Assembly (NCBI GenBank): GCA_049970055.1
Contig: JBMFNR010000003.1
Span: 96,001-160,000 of the forward strand
DNA from: Fervidobacterium sp.
GTDB taxonomy: Bacteria > Thermotogota > Thermotogae > Thermotogales > Fervidobacteriaceae
DNA length: 64,000 nt
Reading direction: 5' to 3'
In this document: piece after piece, positions 52,005-62,759 of the stretch
Layout: the number at the start of each line of letters is the position of its first letter
Position numbering within the stretch: position 1 is the first letter of the stretch
Program-made: the position numbers and the translations under genes
The notes under the pieces: model-generated
Told to the model about the DNA's origin: nothing
What the model saw: only the letters and a program-made list of their open reading frames with translations
Database searches by the model: none

Positions 52005-52033
52005 GCGGGGCAATTGTCCCCGCTTTATTTTTT
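52005..52033 (+). terminator. Rho-independent terminator
   Basis: GCGGGG-CAATTGT-CCCCGC-TTTATTTTTT. Confidence 0.75.
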
Positions 52034-52042
52034 CATTAAATA

Positions 52043-52051
52043 TGGTATAAT
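52043..52051 (+). promoter_or_regulatory. Extended -10 promoter for clpC
   Basis: TGGTATAAT upstream of the GGAGGTG RBS. Confidence 0.6.
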
Positions 52052-52076
52052 TAAATTGTAATTTGGAGGTGATTAT

Positions 52077-54542
52077 ATGTTTGATAGATTCTCAGAACGA
52101 TCCGCAAAGGTTTTCGTGACAGCACAGGAAGAAGCAAAAGATTTAGGTCATTCTTATGTTGGAACTGAGCATCTACTTCTGGCGATTTTAAAGCTAAATG
52201 ATAAGCCGCTTTCTACAATATTTGAAAGATATGGCTTAACGTATGCTCGCGTGAAAAATGAAGTCATTTCTATAGTAGGTCTTGGTATGCGAGGTTTTAT
52301 CATGTCGCCACAGATGACACCAAGGGCAAGAAAGGTTACAGAAATCGCATATGAGGAAGCGAGGATGACTGGGAGTGACAAAATAGATCCAGAGCATTTA
52401 CTTTTAGGTATTCTTCGTGAAGGCGAAGGAATAGCTATTCACATTCTTAAAAAACTGAATGTAAACATCCAGTCATTACGAAAAGAGATTGCTGAAAATA
52501 TCTCAGACGAGGATTACTATGAGGAAACACAATCGATGCCGTTAACTGAAGAACCAGTTTCGTCTCCGGCAGTTAGACAATTAGAAGGTTTTGGTGTAGA
52601 TTTGACAGCTCAAGCGATGCGTGGTGAGCTTGACCCTGTTATTGGTAGAGAAGTAGAAATAGAAAGGTTAATGCAAATACTTGTAAGAAGGAAAAAGAAT
52701 AACCCCGTTTTAATCGGTGAACCGGGTGTTGGGAAGAGTGCAATAGTTGAAGGGTTGGCTCAAAAGATTGTTTCAGGAGAAGTACCGGAACCTTTGAAAG
52801 GCAAGACTATCTTTTCATTGGATGTTGCAGCTATCGTGGCTGGTACAAAGTACCGCGGTGAATTTGAAAAAAGGATGAAGAAACTTCTTCAAGTTGTAAA
52901 GGGTAATAAAGATATCATACTCTTTATAGACGAACTTCATATGATTGTTGGAGCTGGTTCTGCCGAGGGTGCTGTTGATGCTGCAAATATTTTAAAACCG
53001 GCTCTTGCTCGTGGTGAGTTACATTGTATTGGGGCAACTACGCCAGATGAGTATAGAAAATATATAGAAAAAGATGCTGCACTTGAAAGAAGATTCCAGA
53101 AAATTTATGTTTCTGAACCAAGTCCGCAGATGGCACTGGATATACTAAAAGGACTCAAAGCAAAATACGAATCACACCATAAAGTGAAATATACAGACAA
53201 AGCACTTGAGGCGGCTGTATACTTATCACAAAGATACATTACAGACCACTTCTTGCCAGACAAGGCTATAGATGTAATCGACGAGGCAGGTGCGAGAACA
53301 CGCTTGAAGCTTTTTGTTATCCCAAGCGAATTGCAGCTTCTTAAGTTACAAGTAGAATCTGTGAAAAATGAAAAAGAAGAAGCTGTGAATATCCAAGACT
53401 ACGAAAAAGCAGCGGAATTAAAGGTCAAAGAACAGGAGCTTAGAGAAAAGTTTAATGAGGAGTACAATAAATGGCGTAAAGAAATAGAATCTGTTGTAGC
53501 AACAGTTGATGTTACGGATATTGAAGAAGTGGTTGCAGGTTGGACTGGTATACCGTTGAAAAAGCTTGAAGAAACAGAAAAGGAAAAACTTCTCAAACTG
53601 GAAGAAGCATTGCATGAAAGAGTTGTCGGACAAGATGAGGCGATTAGTGCAATCGCACGGGCTATAAGGAGGGCAAGGAGTGGACTAAAGGATCCACGGA
53701 GACCTGTTGGAGTATTCCTTTTCCTTGGCCCAACGGGTGTTGGAAAAACAGAACTTGCAAAAGCTCTAGCTGAGTACTTGTTTGGTGATGAGAAAGCACT
53801 TATTAGGTTTGATATGAGTGAGTATATGGAAAAATTCTCCGTATCAAGACTTATTGGTGCACCTCCAGGATACGTAGGATACGAAGAAGGTGGAACTCTT
53901 ACAGAAAAAGTTAGAAGAAGACCTTTTTCAGTTATACTATTTGACGAAATAGAGAAAGCACACCCAGATGTGTTCAACATATTGCTGCAGATCATGGACG
54001 ACGGAAGACTAACAGATTCTCAAGGACATGTTGTTGATTTCAGAAATACCATAATCATAATGACTAGTAACATAGGAGGTACAGATTTGGTAACATCCAA
54101 GAAGAGTCTTGGATTTGTCGATAACGAATCACATGAGCGTGAATTTTATGAGATGAAAAGTAAAGTGTTAGAAGAGGTAAAGAAAGTCTTTAAACCAGAG
54201 TTTATAAACCGTATCGACGAAATTATTGTTTTCCATAAACTCACCAAAGAGCATATAGAGCAAATAATCGAAATACTTCTTAAAGACATCAGGGCTAGGC
54301 TATTCGAGCGGAAGATCAAACTGACTCTTTCTCAAGAAGCCAAGGAGTTCTTGATAAACGTTGGCTATGATCCTGTGTATGGGGCTCGTCCACTGAAACG
54401 AGCAATTCAGAAATATATCGAAGATCCTCTTTCAGAAGAACTTCTTAGAGGAGAAATATCTGATGACAGCGAGGTTTACGTTGTTCCAGAGGATAATAAA
54501 TTGATTTTCGTTAAACAGAAAAGTGAAGTCCAGAAAGTTTAA
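52077..54542 (+). CDS. clpC: ATP-dependent Clp protease ATPase ClpC
   Basis: Double Clp-N repeat, GEPGVGKS and GPTGVGKT Walker A motifs, short UVR middle domain, LGF ClpP-docking loop. Confidence 0.93.
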   Translation: MFDRFSERSAKVFVTAQEEAKDLGHSYVGTEHLLLAILKLNDKPLSTIFERYGLTYARVKNEVISIVGLGMRGFIMSPQMTPRARKVTEIAYEEARMTGSDKIDPEHLLLGILREGEGIAIHILKKLNVNIQSLRKEIAENISDEDYYEETQSMPLTEEPVSSPAVRQLEGFGVDLTAQAMRGELDPVIGREVEIERLMQILVRRKKNNPVLIGEPGVGKSAIVEGLAQKIVSGEVPEPLKGKTIFSLDVAAIVAGTKYRGEFEKRMKKLLQVVKGNKDIILFIDELHMIVGAGSAEGAVDAANILKPALARGELHCIGATTPDEYRKYIEKDAALERRFQKIYVSEPSPQMALDILKGLKAKYESHHKVKYTDKALEAAVYLSQRYITDHFLPDKAIDVIDEAGARTRLKLFVIPSELQLLKLQVESVKNEKEEAVNIQDYEKAAELKVKEQELREKFNEEYNKWRKEIESVVATVDVTDIEEVVAGWTGIPLKKLEETEKEKLLKLEEALHERVVGQDEAISAIARAIRRARSGLKDPRRPVGVFLFLGPTGVGKTELAKALAEYLFGDEKALIRFDMSEYMEKFSVSRLIGAPPGYVGYEEGGTLTEKVRRRPFSVILFDEIEKAHPDVFNILLQIMDDGRLTDSQGHVVDFRNTIIIMTSNIGGTDLVTSKKSLGFVDNESHEREFYEMKSKVLEEVKKVFKPEFINRIDEIIVFHKLTKEHIEQIIEILLKDIRARLFERKIKLTLSQEAKEFLINVGYDPVYGARPLKRAIQKYIEDPLSEELLRGEISDDSEVYVVPEDNKLIFVKQKSEVQKV

Positions 54543-54553
54543 AGGAGCAATCT

Positions 54554-55939
54554 ATGGCTAAATCAAAAACGGTATATGTATGTGATAAATGTGGTTACGA
54601 GTCACCGAAATGGTTTGGAAAGTGTCCTGTTTGCGGAGAATGGAACAGTGCAAAGGAATTCGCGTTGAAGGAATCTAATGAAAAAACAATTAGGAGCAAT
54701 CAAGCGGGGATGGAATCACCTCATCCTCGTTTTTTTGATATTAATTCAGCAGTTGAAATATCAGACGAAGAGCGTATCAAAAGCTACATTCAATCAATTG
54801 ATGAACTTTTATCCGGTGGAATCGTCAAAGGTCAAGTAATATTGCTTGGTGGAGAGCCTGGTGTTGGGAAAAGCACAATAGCCATGCAAATTTGTGATTC
54901 AGTTGCAAGACATTCAAAGAAAAAAGTGTATTATATTTCTGGAGAAGAAAGTGTTAGTCAGGTTGGGCTTAGGGCTAAAAGGCTCGGTATAAAAAGTAAA
55001 AATTTACTGATCTCATCTGAAACGCAGATAGAAGATGTACTCAATACAATTGATCCAGATGACGCACAGTTAATAGTAATAGATTCAATCCAAACACTGA
55101 GCAGTGCGGATATAGATTCACCTATTGGTGGGGTTGTTCAGATTAAAGCTGTTGTTGAAAAGGTTCGTATATTCTCAAAAAAATATGGTATACCATCCAT
55201 CCTAATAGCGCACGTAACAAAGGAAGGTACAATCGCTGGTCCAAAATTAGTTGAGCATGTTGTTGATACTGTGATATATTTTGAGGGTGAGCGCACAACT
55301 GACTACAGAATCTTGCGTGTTCAAAAAAACCGTTATGGACCGAGTGGAGAACTATCTGTTTTTCAAATGACGAATGATGGACTGAAAAGCCTTTCGGAAG
55401 ATAATCTTCTCACTTATTCTCAAACGCCTGGAAATGTGTTTGCAAGCGTATATGAGGGGAGTCGTCCACTTAATGTTCAAATTCAAGCTCTCGTTTCGAG
55501 AGTTAAGATGGCAGCGGGAAGGCGGATATCTCACGGGATAGATGTGAGAAAGGTTATAATAATTTCAGCGGTCTTGTCAAAACATTTGAATTTACCACTC
55601 GATTTTCATGATATTTACATTAATGTCTCTGGAGGAATAAACATAACGGAGCCAGGTTGTGAACTTGCTGTTGCCGGAGCTGTGTTGTCGTCTTTTCTCG
55701 ATGCTTTTATAGGTAACGTATTCATGGTTGGAGAAATAGGACTTGATGGAAGTGTCAGGCCAGCGGTAAATATTGGAAAAAGAATCGAAAATGCTAAAAA
55801 ACTCGCTGTGGATAAAATAGTGATTCCTGATGTTAGTCTGGATCTAAATAATCTTAAGTCAAGTGATCTCAAGGTACAAAAAGTTAAGCACGTAAGGCAA
55901 TTGTTCGAATTAATATTAGAGCTAAAGAAAGGGGAGTAA
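54554..55939 (+). CDS. radA: DNA repair protein RadA/Sms
   Basis: C4 zinc finger [23 protein letters not shown] and KNRYG. Confidence 0.94.
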   Translation: MAKSKTVYVCDKCGYESPKWFGKCPVCGEWNSAKEFALKESNEKTIRSNQAGMESPHPRFFDINSAVEISDEERIKSYIQSIDELLSGGIVKGQVILLGGEPGVGKSTIAMQICDSVARHSKKKVYYISGEESVSQVGLRAKRLGIKSKNLLISSETQIEDVLNTIDPDDAQLIVIDSIQTLSSADIDSPIGGVVQIKAVVEKVRIFSKKYGIPSILIAHVTKEGTIAGPKLVEHVVDTVIYFEGERTTDYRILRVQKNRYGPSGELSVFQMTNDGLKSLSEDNLLTYSQTPGNVFASVYEGSRPLNVQIQALVSRVKMAAGRRISHGIDVRKVIIISAVLSKHLNLPLDFHDIYINVSGGINITEPGCELAVAGAVLSSFLDAFIGNVFMVGEIGLDGSVRPAVNIGKRIENAKKLAVDKIVIPDVSLDLNNLKSSDLKVQKVKHVRQLFELILELKKGE

Positions 55940-56809
55940 GTGATGAAGAAGATAAAGATTTTAGTTGATAGTACATCAGATTTTCCGAAGGATATGATAA
56001 ATGAGTGGGATGTGGACATCGTTCCACTGTATGTAAATTGGCCAGATGGCACAAGTGAAAAAGATGATACTCGCGACTTTGCGGAACTGAAAAAATTTTA
56101 TGAAAAGCTTAAAAGTGCTCCGGAACTCCCAAAAAGCTCACAACCATCTGTTGAAGACTGGAAAAACAAATATTTAGAAGCCCATTCCCAGGGTTATGAA
56201 GGTGTATTTGTAATAACTATCTCAACGGCAATGTCTGGAACATTCAATTCAGCAACCTTAGCGGCGAAAGAAGTAAGTATCCCTGTGAGAGTTGTTGATT
56301 CAAAGATGGCATCAACAGCTATCTCACCTATGGTTAGGTATGCAAGAGAACTTTTCAACCTTGGTGTTGATTTGGATACTGCGGCACAGGAACTTGAGAA
56401 AAAAATAGCCGCTAAGGGCTTCGGAGCGTTTTTCTACGTTCAAGACTTTAACTTTCTTGTTAAAGGTGGAAGGATCAGTAGATTTGCCGGATTTGTAGGT
56501 ACCTTGCTAAAAATTAGGGTTGGAATCTACATAAACGAAGAAGGCAACATGGTGCCATTCGCAAAAGCCAGAGGCTTCAAAGCAATTGTCGAAGAACTGC
56601 TCAAAAAAAGTGAAGAAGAAGGCTTTACGAAAGGCAGCGTTGTTGATCTTTACATGGTTAGCTGTGATAACTTTGAAGAGCTCAAGGAAATCGAAAAGAT
56701 TCTAAGGGATTATTACAGAGTGAATAACGTTTATTACACGCCTACCGGCAAGGTTATATCGACTCATGTTGGACCGGGGCAAGCAGGGTTTGGAATAGAA
56801 AAGTATTAA
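55940..56809 (+). CDS. DegV family fatty-acid binding protein
   Basis: DSTSD, PKSSQPS, IST.MSGT, VVDS, KGGRI and THVGPG. Confidence 0.92.
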   Translation: MMKKIKILVDSTSDFPKDMINEWDVDIVPLYVNWPDGTSEKDDTRDFAELKKFYEKLKSAPELPKSSQPSVEDWKNKYLEAHSQGYEGVFVITISTAMSGTFNSATLAAKEVSIPVRVVDSKMASTAISPMVRYARELFNLGVDLDTAAQELEKKIAAKGFGAFFYVQDFNFLVKGGRISRFAGFVGTLLKIRVGIYINEEGNMVPFAKARGFKAIVEELLKKSEEEGFTKGSVVDLYMVSCDNFEELKEIEKILRDYYRVNNVYYTPTGKVISTHVGPGQAGFGIEKY

Positions 56810-56832
56810 GTTCGTTGCAGGAGGGTTGAGAT

Positions 56833-57216
56833 ATGTCCGAAACGTATTTTAACACTCTTGATGAGTTTAAAAAATTTAGAGAAAGGATGAATCAAGAAGT
56901 ATTAAATAAAGGGACAATCAACACGAAACGTTTCTGGGCACTCGACAGTGCAGTTTATAAAGAGGGAGTGCTTGATACTAAAACAAAGGAACTTATGGGA
57001 CTTGTCGCTTCCATGGTACTTAGGTGTGATGATTGCATAACTTACCATATGATAAGATGTGCGCAACTTGATGTAACAGACGAGGAATTCTTTGAAGCGT
57101 TTGATATAGCTCTTGTCATTGGAGGTTCCATAGTTATACCCCATTTGAGAAGAGCGGTTAACACCTTACTGGAAATTCGGAGGATGCAAGCTAATGGCGA
57201 AAGTGTTTCTCTTTGA
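56833..57216 (+). CDS. Carboxymuconolactone decarboxylase / AhpD-like protein
   Basis: LDTKTKELM..VAS..LRCDDCITYH (CxxC..H). Confidence 0.85.
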   Translation: MSETYFNTLDEFKKFRERMNQEVLNKGTINTKRFWALDSAVYKEGVLDTKTKELMGLVASMVLRCDDCITYHMIRCAQLDVTDEEFFEAFDIALVIGGSIVIPHLRRAVNTLLEIRRMQANGESVSL

Positions 57217-59890
57217 CGGTACGGGATTACTTTACAGAGCGTATTTTGCAATAGATCAAAATTTAACGACATCAACAGGCATTTCAACAAATGCCCTTTA
57301 CGGCCTTGCTAGGATGCTTCTGAAGTTTACCAAAGAACATGTGAAACCTGGCGAGGATTACTGTGCCTTTATGATAGATGTGAAAGGTGGAAGTACTCAC
57401 AGAAAAGAACTTTACGCACAATATAAGGCCCAACGTCCAGAAACACCTGAACCTTTGTTGAGGCAAATATCTTTAGTTGATGAGTTAGTTGAAGGATTTG
57501 GTATAAAAGTTGTAAAGATACCTGGATTTGAAGCAGACGATGTAATTGCGACAATCGCTAAGAAGTTTGAGATGTCAAGGGATACTTACAAAATAAGTGA
57601 AATAAACATTATAACCAGTGATAAAGACATGCTCCAGTTAGTTAACGATTTAATAACTGTTTGGAGAGTTGAAAAGGGAGTAACGGATTTGAAAAAATAC
57701 ACAAAAAGGGAGGTTTTAGAAAGATACAATGTTAAGCCAGAGCAGATTAAAGATTACCTCGCATTAGTTGGTGATGCATCCGACAATATACCAGGCGTAC
57801 CAGGAATTGGTGAAAAGACTGCCGCAAAGATATTGAAAGAGTTTGGAAGTGTTGAAAACGTATTGAAAAGCATCGATAAATTGCCTGATAAATTAAGATC
57901 CTTGTTCGAAAGTAGCGTAGATGAATATGTACTGAGTAGAAAGCTTGTTGAATTGAACACAAACGTTGAGATAAACTTCGATTTATCAGAACTTCTGTAC
58001 AAAGGCTACGATAATGAAAAATTGCTTAATGAACTCAAAAAATTCGAATTTTCAAGTATTATAAAAGAACTAAATTTATCTACAAGCATTCTGGACAATG
58101 TTGAGTATACCATCGTTGATAACGAACAGTTGCTAAACAGGTTGCTTGAAGTGTTAAAGAAATCAAAAAAAATATCGTTCGACCTCGAAACTACCTCACT
58201 TGATCCTTACGAAGGAAAGATCGTCGGTATTTCAATAGCCGTGGATGAAGGCATTGCATATTATATTCCTGTTTCTCATGTTGATGCAAAGAATATACCT
58301 TTTGATAGAGTTAAAAGATTTCTAAGTGAGCTATTTAATGCAGGTAAAAGTGTAGGAGGGCATAACATAAAATTCGATATAAAATTCCTTTTGAAAGCTA
58401 GTATCGATCCTCAAGTTCCTTCATTTGATACAATGATAGAGGCTTACCTACTCAACCCAAATGAAAAAAGATTTAACCTTGATGAATTGGCTTTGAAATT
58501 CCTAGGTCACAAAATGATATCATACGAGGAACTTGTGAAAAATACGCTTCCACTATTTGCCGGAGATTTTTCATACGTTCCCGTTTTTGCTGCTGCTAAG
58601 TATTCTTGCGAAGATGCTGATATGTCACTGAGAATTCACAATTTGCTCTATCCATTGATATACTCAAACGAAATGGATGAATTGTACGAAAAAATAGAGT
58701 TACCTATGATACCAGTGCTTGCAACATTAGAGCTCAACGGCGTGTATTTTGATACGGAATATTTAAACAATCTTTCTCAGGAAATGGATAAAAAACTTTC
58801 TTTACTCTCGCAGAAGATATTTGATATAGCAGGAGAAACATTCAACATAAACTCTCCAAAACAGTTGGGTTATGTACTTTTCGAGAAGTTAAAACTACCA
58901 ACACGTAAGTCGACGACAACAGGTGCTTATTCGACTGATGTTGAAGTTCTTGAGTATTTAGCTAGCGAGTACGAGATAGCTAAGCTGTTACTAGAATATA
59001 GAAAGATACAAAAACTGAAAAGCACATATGTTGATGCGATTCCAACGATGGTAAACAGATATACGAAAAGGGTACACGCTTCGTTCAACCAGACCGGCAC
59101 TGCGACAGGAAGGCTGAGTAGTTCAGACCCGAATTTGCAAAATTTACCTGGAAGAACCGATGAAGGCAAGGAAATTCGTATGGCTGTTAGGCCTCAAAGA
59201 GATGGATGGTACATACTGGGTGCTGACTATTCACAAATAGAGTTACGTGTGCTCGCTCATATCACAGAAGATCCAAACCTCATAAATGCGTTCAAAGAAG
59301 ATAAGGATATACACCTTGAAACTGCGAAAAAAATTTTCAATGTCAGCGAAGAATTCTTAACTGAAAGTATGAGAAGAATAGGCAAAATGGTTAATTTTGC
59401 TATTGTCTACGGTGTTTCACCCTACGGACTTGCAAAAAGAACAGGGCTGGATGTAAAGGAAACCCGAAAAATGATAGAAACGTATTTAGAATACTATAAG
59501 AACGTTCAAGAATATATGGCCTCAATTAAGGAATTTGCACGAAAGCATGGGTACGTAAAAACAATGTTCGGAAGAAAACGCGACATTCCACAGATAAATT
59601 CAAAAGACCAAAATATAAGGGCGGAGGGTGAACGTATAGCTATAAATACGCCCATCCAAGGAAGCGCTGCGGACATTATGAAAATAGCAATGATAAATAT
59701 CCACAAAAGATTAAAGATGGAAAAAATGAAGACAATGATGATTTTGCAGGTGCACGATGAACTTGTTTTTGAAGTGCCTGGGGATGAACTAGAGTACGTT
59801 AAGAACATGGTCAAAGAGGAAATGGAAAATGCCGTTAAGTTAATGGTTCCTTTGGTTGTAGATGTCTATGTTGATAAATATATGCTTTGA
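57194..59890 (+). CDS. polA: DNA polymerase I
   Basis: 5'-3' exo (DG..YRAY, EADDVIAT, GDASDNIPG), 3'-5' exo (FDLETT, HNIKFD, YSCEDAD), polymerase motifs ADYSQIELR and LQVHDEL. Confidence 0.97.
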   Translation: MAKVFLFDGTGLLYRAYFAIDQNLTTSTGISTNALYGLARMLLKFTKEHVKPGEDYCAFMIDVKGGSTHRKELYAQYKAQRPETPEPLLRQISLVDELVEGFGIKVVKIPGFEADDVIATIAKKFEMSRDTYKISEINIITSDKDMLQLVNDLITVWRVEKGVTDLKKYTKREVLERYNVKPEQIKDYLALVGDASDNIPGVPGIGEKTAAKILKEFGSVENVLKSIDKLPDKLRSLFESSVDEYVLSRKLVELNTNVEINFDLSELLYKGYDNEKLLNELKKFEFSSIIKELNLSTSILDNVEYTIVDNEQLLNRLLEVLKKSKKISFDLETTSLDPYEGKIVGISIAVDEGIAYYIPVSHVDAKNIPFDRVKRFLSELFNAGKSVGGHNIKFDIKFLLKASIDPQVPSFDTMIEAYLLNPNEKRFNLDELALKFLGHKMISYEELVKNTLPLFAGDFSYVPVFAAAKYSCEDADMSLRIHNLLYPLIYSNEMDELYEKIELPMIPVLATLELNGVYFDTEYLNNLSQEMDKKLSLLSQKIFDIAGETFNINSPKQLGYVLFEKLKLPTRKSTTTGAYSTDVEVLEYLASEYEIAKLLLEYRKIQKLKSTYVDAIPTMVNRYTKRVHASFNQTGTATGRLSSSDPNLQNLPGRTDEGKEIRMAVRPQRDGWYILGADYSQIELRVLAHITEDPNLINAFKEDKDIHLETAKKIFNVSEEFLTESMRRIGKMVNFAIVYGVSPYGLAKRTGLDVKETRKMIETYLEYYKNVQEYMASIKEFARKHGYVKTMFGRKRDIPQINSKDQNIRAEGERIAINTPIQGSAADIMKIAMINIHKRLKMEKMKTMMILQVHDELVFEVPGDELEYVKNMVKEEMENAVKLMVPLVVDVYVDKYML

Positions 59891-59895
59891 TAAAA

Positions 59896-60732
59896 TCAGT
59901 AAATTAAGAGTGCCCCGAAAAATAGTAAAATCGCTGCGATAACTCGGAAACCAATCTTTTCTTTTAGGAAAACTCTTGCAAAAAACATAGTAACGAAAAC
60001 AGAGAGCATAGATAATGGTTCGGCCACACTGACACCTAGATAATTGAATGCCTTAAGCAAAGCAATGTATGAATAAGCATTACATATTCCACCAAGTAAA
60101 AGATAAATAAACCGTGTTTTTACAAGATTAATATATTCTTTTGGTTTATTTCCAAAGACTAAGCCGTATATGAATATATAAATGCTAATCACAAGGTAAA
60201 TACCAACTGAATATCCAACTGGAGAAACGTTGTAAGTTATTCTTCTATCAACAATTCTGCCAAAAGCCATAAGAATGGAAGAAATAAGCATAGCTAAAGC
60301 ACCTTTGCTTTTAATAAGATTTCTGTAAGAAATAGCGATACTTTCTCCTTTCTTAAGGAAGCTAACACCATAAATCATCAACAAAGCACCTAACAACTTT
60401 TTCCATGTGAATGGTTCACCGAGAAAGATGGCAGAAAGTACCACTAGGAATATTGCGTTTAGATTGTAAAGAGGGGCCACGACTGTGGTGTCTTCATTTC
60501 CAAGTGCATAAGTGTAAAGTGAAAATGACAAGGAGTATATTGTTCCACTTGCAATTGATTTTAACAATATTTCCAACGTGAGTTTGTTAAAGAATGGAGT
60601 AAACGATATGAATGAAAAGAAGAAAAAGCCCCATGCTGCAACAAAAGTTGGTGCGTTTTTTGAAATTTTTCTGCCTGCGATACGTTCATATCCAAGTAAT
60701 ACCAGACGTAATGCCATCCATAGCAGTCCCAT
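59896..60732 (-). CDS. DMT/EamA family transporter
   Basis: Two EamA-like repeats (APL..L..IF......FLGE; EPL......FLKE). ATG at 60732 after GGAGG (ORF track starts at 60861). Confidence 0.82.
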   Translation of the reverse strand: MGLLWMALRLVLLGYERIAGRKISKNAPTFVAAWGFFFFSFISFTPFFNKLTLEILLKSIASGTIYSLSFSLYTYALGNEDTTVVAPLYNLNAIFLVVLSAIFLGEPFTWKKLLGALLMIYGVSFLKKGESIAISYRNLIKSKGALAMLISSILMAFGRIVDRRITYNVSPVGYSVGIYLVISIYIFIYGLVFGNKPKEYINLVKTRFIYLLLGGICNAYSYIALLKAFNYLGVSVAEPLSMLSVFVTMFFARVFLKEKIGFRVIAAILLFFGALLIY

Positions 60733-60757
60733 TTTTGCCTCCACATTGGATATTCTG

Positions 60758-60787
60758 TTAACAAATATACTGTTAATAATTATACCA
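60758..60787. promoter_or_regulatory. Divergent promoter region: TTAACA-N7-TGTTAA palindrome next to a minus-strand TGGTATAAT
   Basis: Palindrome at 60758-76; extended -10 at 60779-87 (-). Confidence 0.5.
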
Positions 60788-60818
60788 CAATGATTAACAA
60801 TATTGTGAGGTGACAACT

Positions 60819-61367
60819 TTGGAAAGAAGACAAATTTCACTTTTAGAGCTATTTTTATCAACTATGAAAATTGGCGCTTTAACGATTGGTGGCGGTTATG
60901 CAATGGTACCAATCATTAAAGATGAATTCGTAAAAAAGAAGGGATTACTTAGTGAAGATGAGTTTACAACGCTTCTTGTTATTGCTCAATCACTACCTGG
61001 ACCTATTGCTGTAAATACATCAACACTGGTTGGATACAAAGTAAAAAAACTGCCAGGTGCTTTAAGTGCAGTATCCGGCGCTATCTTTGTACCAACAGTT
61101 AGTATAATTATCATAGCAGTTTTACTTACACAGTTTTATAATTACATCCAACCATTCTTAAAAGGCATGAAAGCATCTTTATTTGCAATACTGCTGGTAG
61201 CTGTAATCAAGATGTGGAAGGCGAATGTTAAAAACATTGAAGACTTCGTTATTTTCTTGGTATCATTTTCACTGCTAATCTTTTTAAAGTTCAACCCAGT
61301 TACATTAGTATTCCTTGGAATAATCTACGCGATAATAAAGAATCTTATTCATGATGAAATAAAATGA
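60819..61367 (+). CDS. Short-chain chromate transporter (CHR family), N-type subunit
   Basis: IG..TIGGGYAM, AQSLPGPIAVN and VGY. TTG at 60819 after GAGGTG (ORF track starts at 60810). Confidence 0.85.
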   Translation: MERRQISLLELFLSTMKIGALTIGGGYAMVPIIKDEFVKKKGLLSEDEFTTLLVIAQSLPGPIAVNTSTLVGYKVKKLPGALSAVSGAIFVPTVSIIIIAVLLTQFYNYIQPFLKGMKASLFAILLVAVIKMWKANVKNIEDFVIFLVSFSLLIFLKFNPVTLVFLGIIYAIIKNLIHDEIK

Positions 61368-61380
61368 GGGGGCATCATAT

Positions 61381-61902
61381 ATGGTGTATCTTGAGTTGTT
61401 TTTGACATTCCTACAAATTGGTGCGATAAGTTTTGGTGGTGGATATAGCATATTGAAAGCTATAAGTCATTACGTTGTTGATACAAACCGTTGGATTACA
61501 CTGGAAGAATTTAATGATATCGTTGCAATTTCTCAATCAACACCGGGTCCAATCGGAATTAACGCAGCAACATTCGTTGGGTATAAAGTTGGTGGAATAG
61601 TTGGTTCTCTGTTGGCAACATTTTCAGTGATCTTAATACCTGTTATTTTATCACTGGGTACATACATGATTTACAAAAAGCACAGCGATAACAAAACATT
61701 GCAAACGATAATACTAAGCTTGAAACCAATAATCCTTGCAATGATAGCATCAGCAGCACTAAACTTTTTGAAAAACGCATTTGGTTCTCTAATATCTATC
61801 ACAATAACCGTGGTATCGGTTTTACTTTTACTTTACACAAATATTGATGTAACAATTCTGCTATTTACTGCGGGGCTACTTGGGTTCTTTGTATTCAGAT
61901 AA
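61381..61902 (+). CDS. Short-chain chromate transporter (CHR family), C-type subunit
   Basis: IGAISFGGGY and SQSTPGPIGINAATFVGY. Confidence 0.87.
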   Translation: MVYLELFLTFLQIGAISFGGGYSILKAISHYVVDTNRWITLEEFNDIVAISQSTPGPIGINAATFVGYKVGGIVGSLLATFSVILIPVILSLGTYMIYKKHSDNKTLQTIILSLKPIILAMIASAALNFLKNAFGSLISITITVVSVLLLLYTNIDVTILLFTAGLLGFFVFR

Positions 61903-61936
61903 AGTTACCAGTAATTTCTTGGTATCTTTAGATTAG

Positions 61937-61945
61937 TGGTATAAT
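61937..61945 (+). promoter_or_regulatory. Extended -10 promoter for the ODP-MCP pair
   Basis: TGGTATAAT upstream of AAGGAGG. Confidence 0.55.
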
Positions 61946-61977
61946 AAATATAACAGTGGATGAAGGAGGGAATAATC

Positions 61978-62754
61978 ATGGGAAACATTGGTACACAAAA
62001 CATCACTCTTTACGACGATGGAACGCACAAATTTATCTTTTTAGCGTGGGAAGAAAAGGAAGAAGAAGGGATAGTCCAGACAAACCAATACATCATAATC
62101 GATGGTGATGAAGCAATGCTACTTGATCCTGGAGGAGCACATGTTTTTCCACGAGTACTTGCGAATGTCTCTGAAATTATTGAACCAAGTAAGATAAAGT
62201 ACATTTTCTTTACACACCAAGACCCGGATGTAACATCTGGAATCACACTTTGGCTGTCGATTGCAGAAAACGCAAAAATATACATCTCTGGACTCTGGAC
62301 TAGATTTTTACCGCATTTTGGTGTTTATGACCAAAGAAGAGTTGTTGCCCTTCCTGACAAAGGCGACAAGTTAAGGTTAAAATCAGGTACAGAACTTGAA
62401 TTTATACCAACTCACTACCTACATTCAACAGGGAATTTTACACTTTACGATCCGCATTCTAAAATTCTTTTCTCAGGTGACCTCGGGGTTGCTGTATTTC
62501 CAAAAGGCCAAAGATACGTTTTTGTTGAAGATTTCAATCAACATGTCAAACTTATGGAACTTTTCCACAAACGATATATTACATCGAGTGTAGCGTTAAG
62601 AAAGTGGCTAAGCATAGTGGAAAAGAAAGATATCAATATAGTTGCTCCGCAGCATGGGGCAATATTTAAGGACGAGAACGTCAAAAAACTATTTGAGTGG
62701 TTTAGAAATTTAAAATGCGGAATTGACATAATCGATGAGATATACGGCAGGTGA
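61978..62754 (+). CDS. MBL-fold oxygen-binding di-iron protein (ODP)
   Basis: LDPGG, THQDPDV, HYLHS.GN, LFSGD and APQHG; no flavodoxin domain; directly upstream of a soluble MCP. Confidence 0.8.
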   Translation: MGNIGTQNITLYDDGTHKFIFLAWEEKEEEGIVQTNQYIIIDGDEAMLLDPGGAHVFPRVLANVSEIIEPSKIKYIFFTHQDPDVTSGITLWLSIAENAKIYISGLWTRFLPHFGVYDQRRVVALPDKGDKLRLKSGTELEFIPTHYLHSTGNFTLYDPHSKILFSGDLGVAVFPKGQRYVFVEDFNQHVKLMELFHKRYITSSVALRKWLSIVEKKDINIVAPQHGAIFKDENVKKLFEWFRNLKCGIDIIDEIYGR

Positions 62755-62759
62755 TATAA

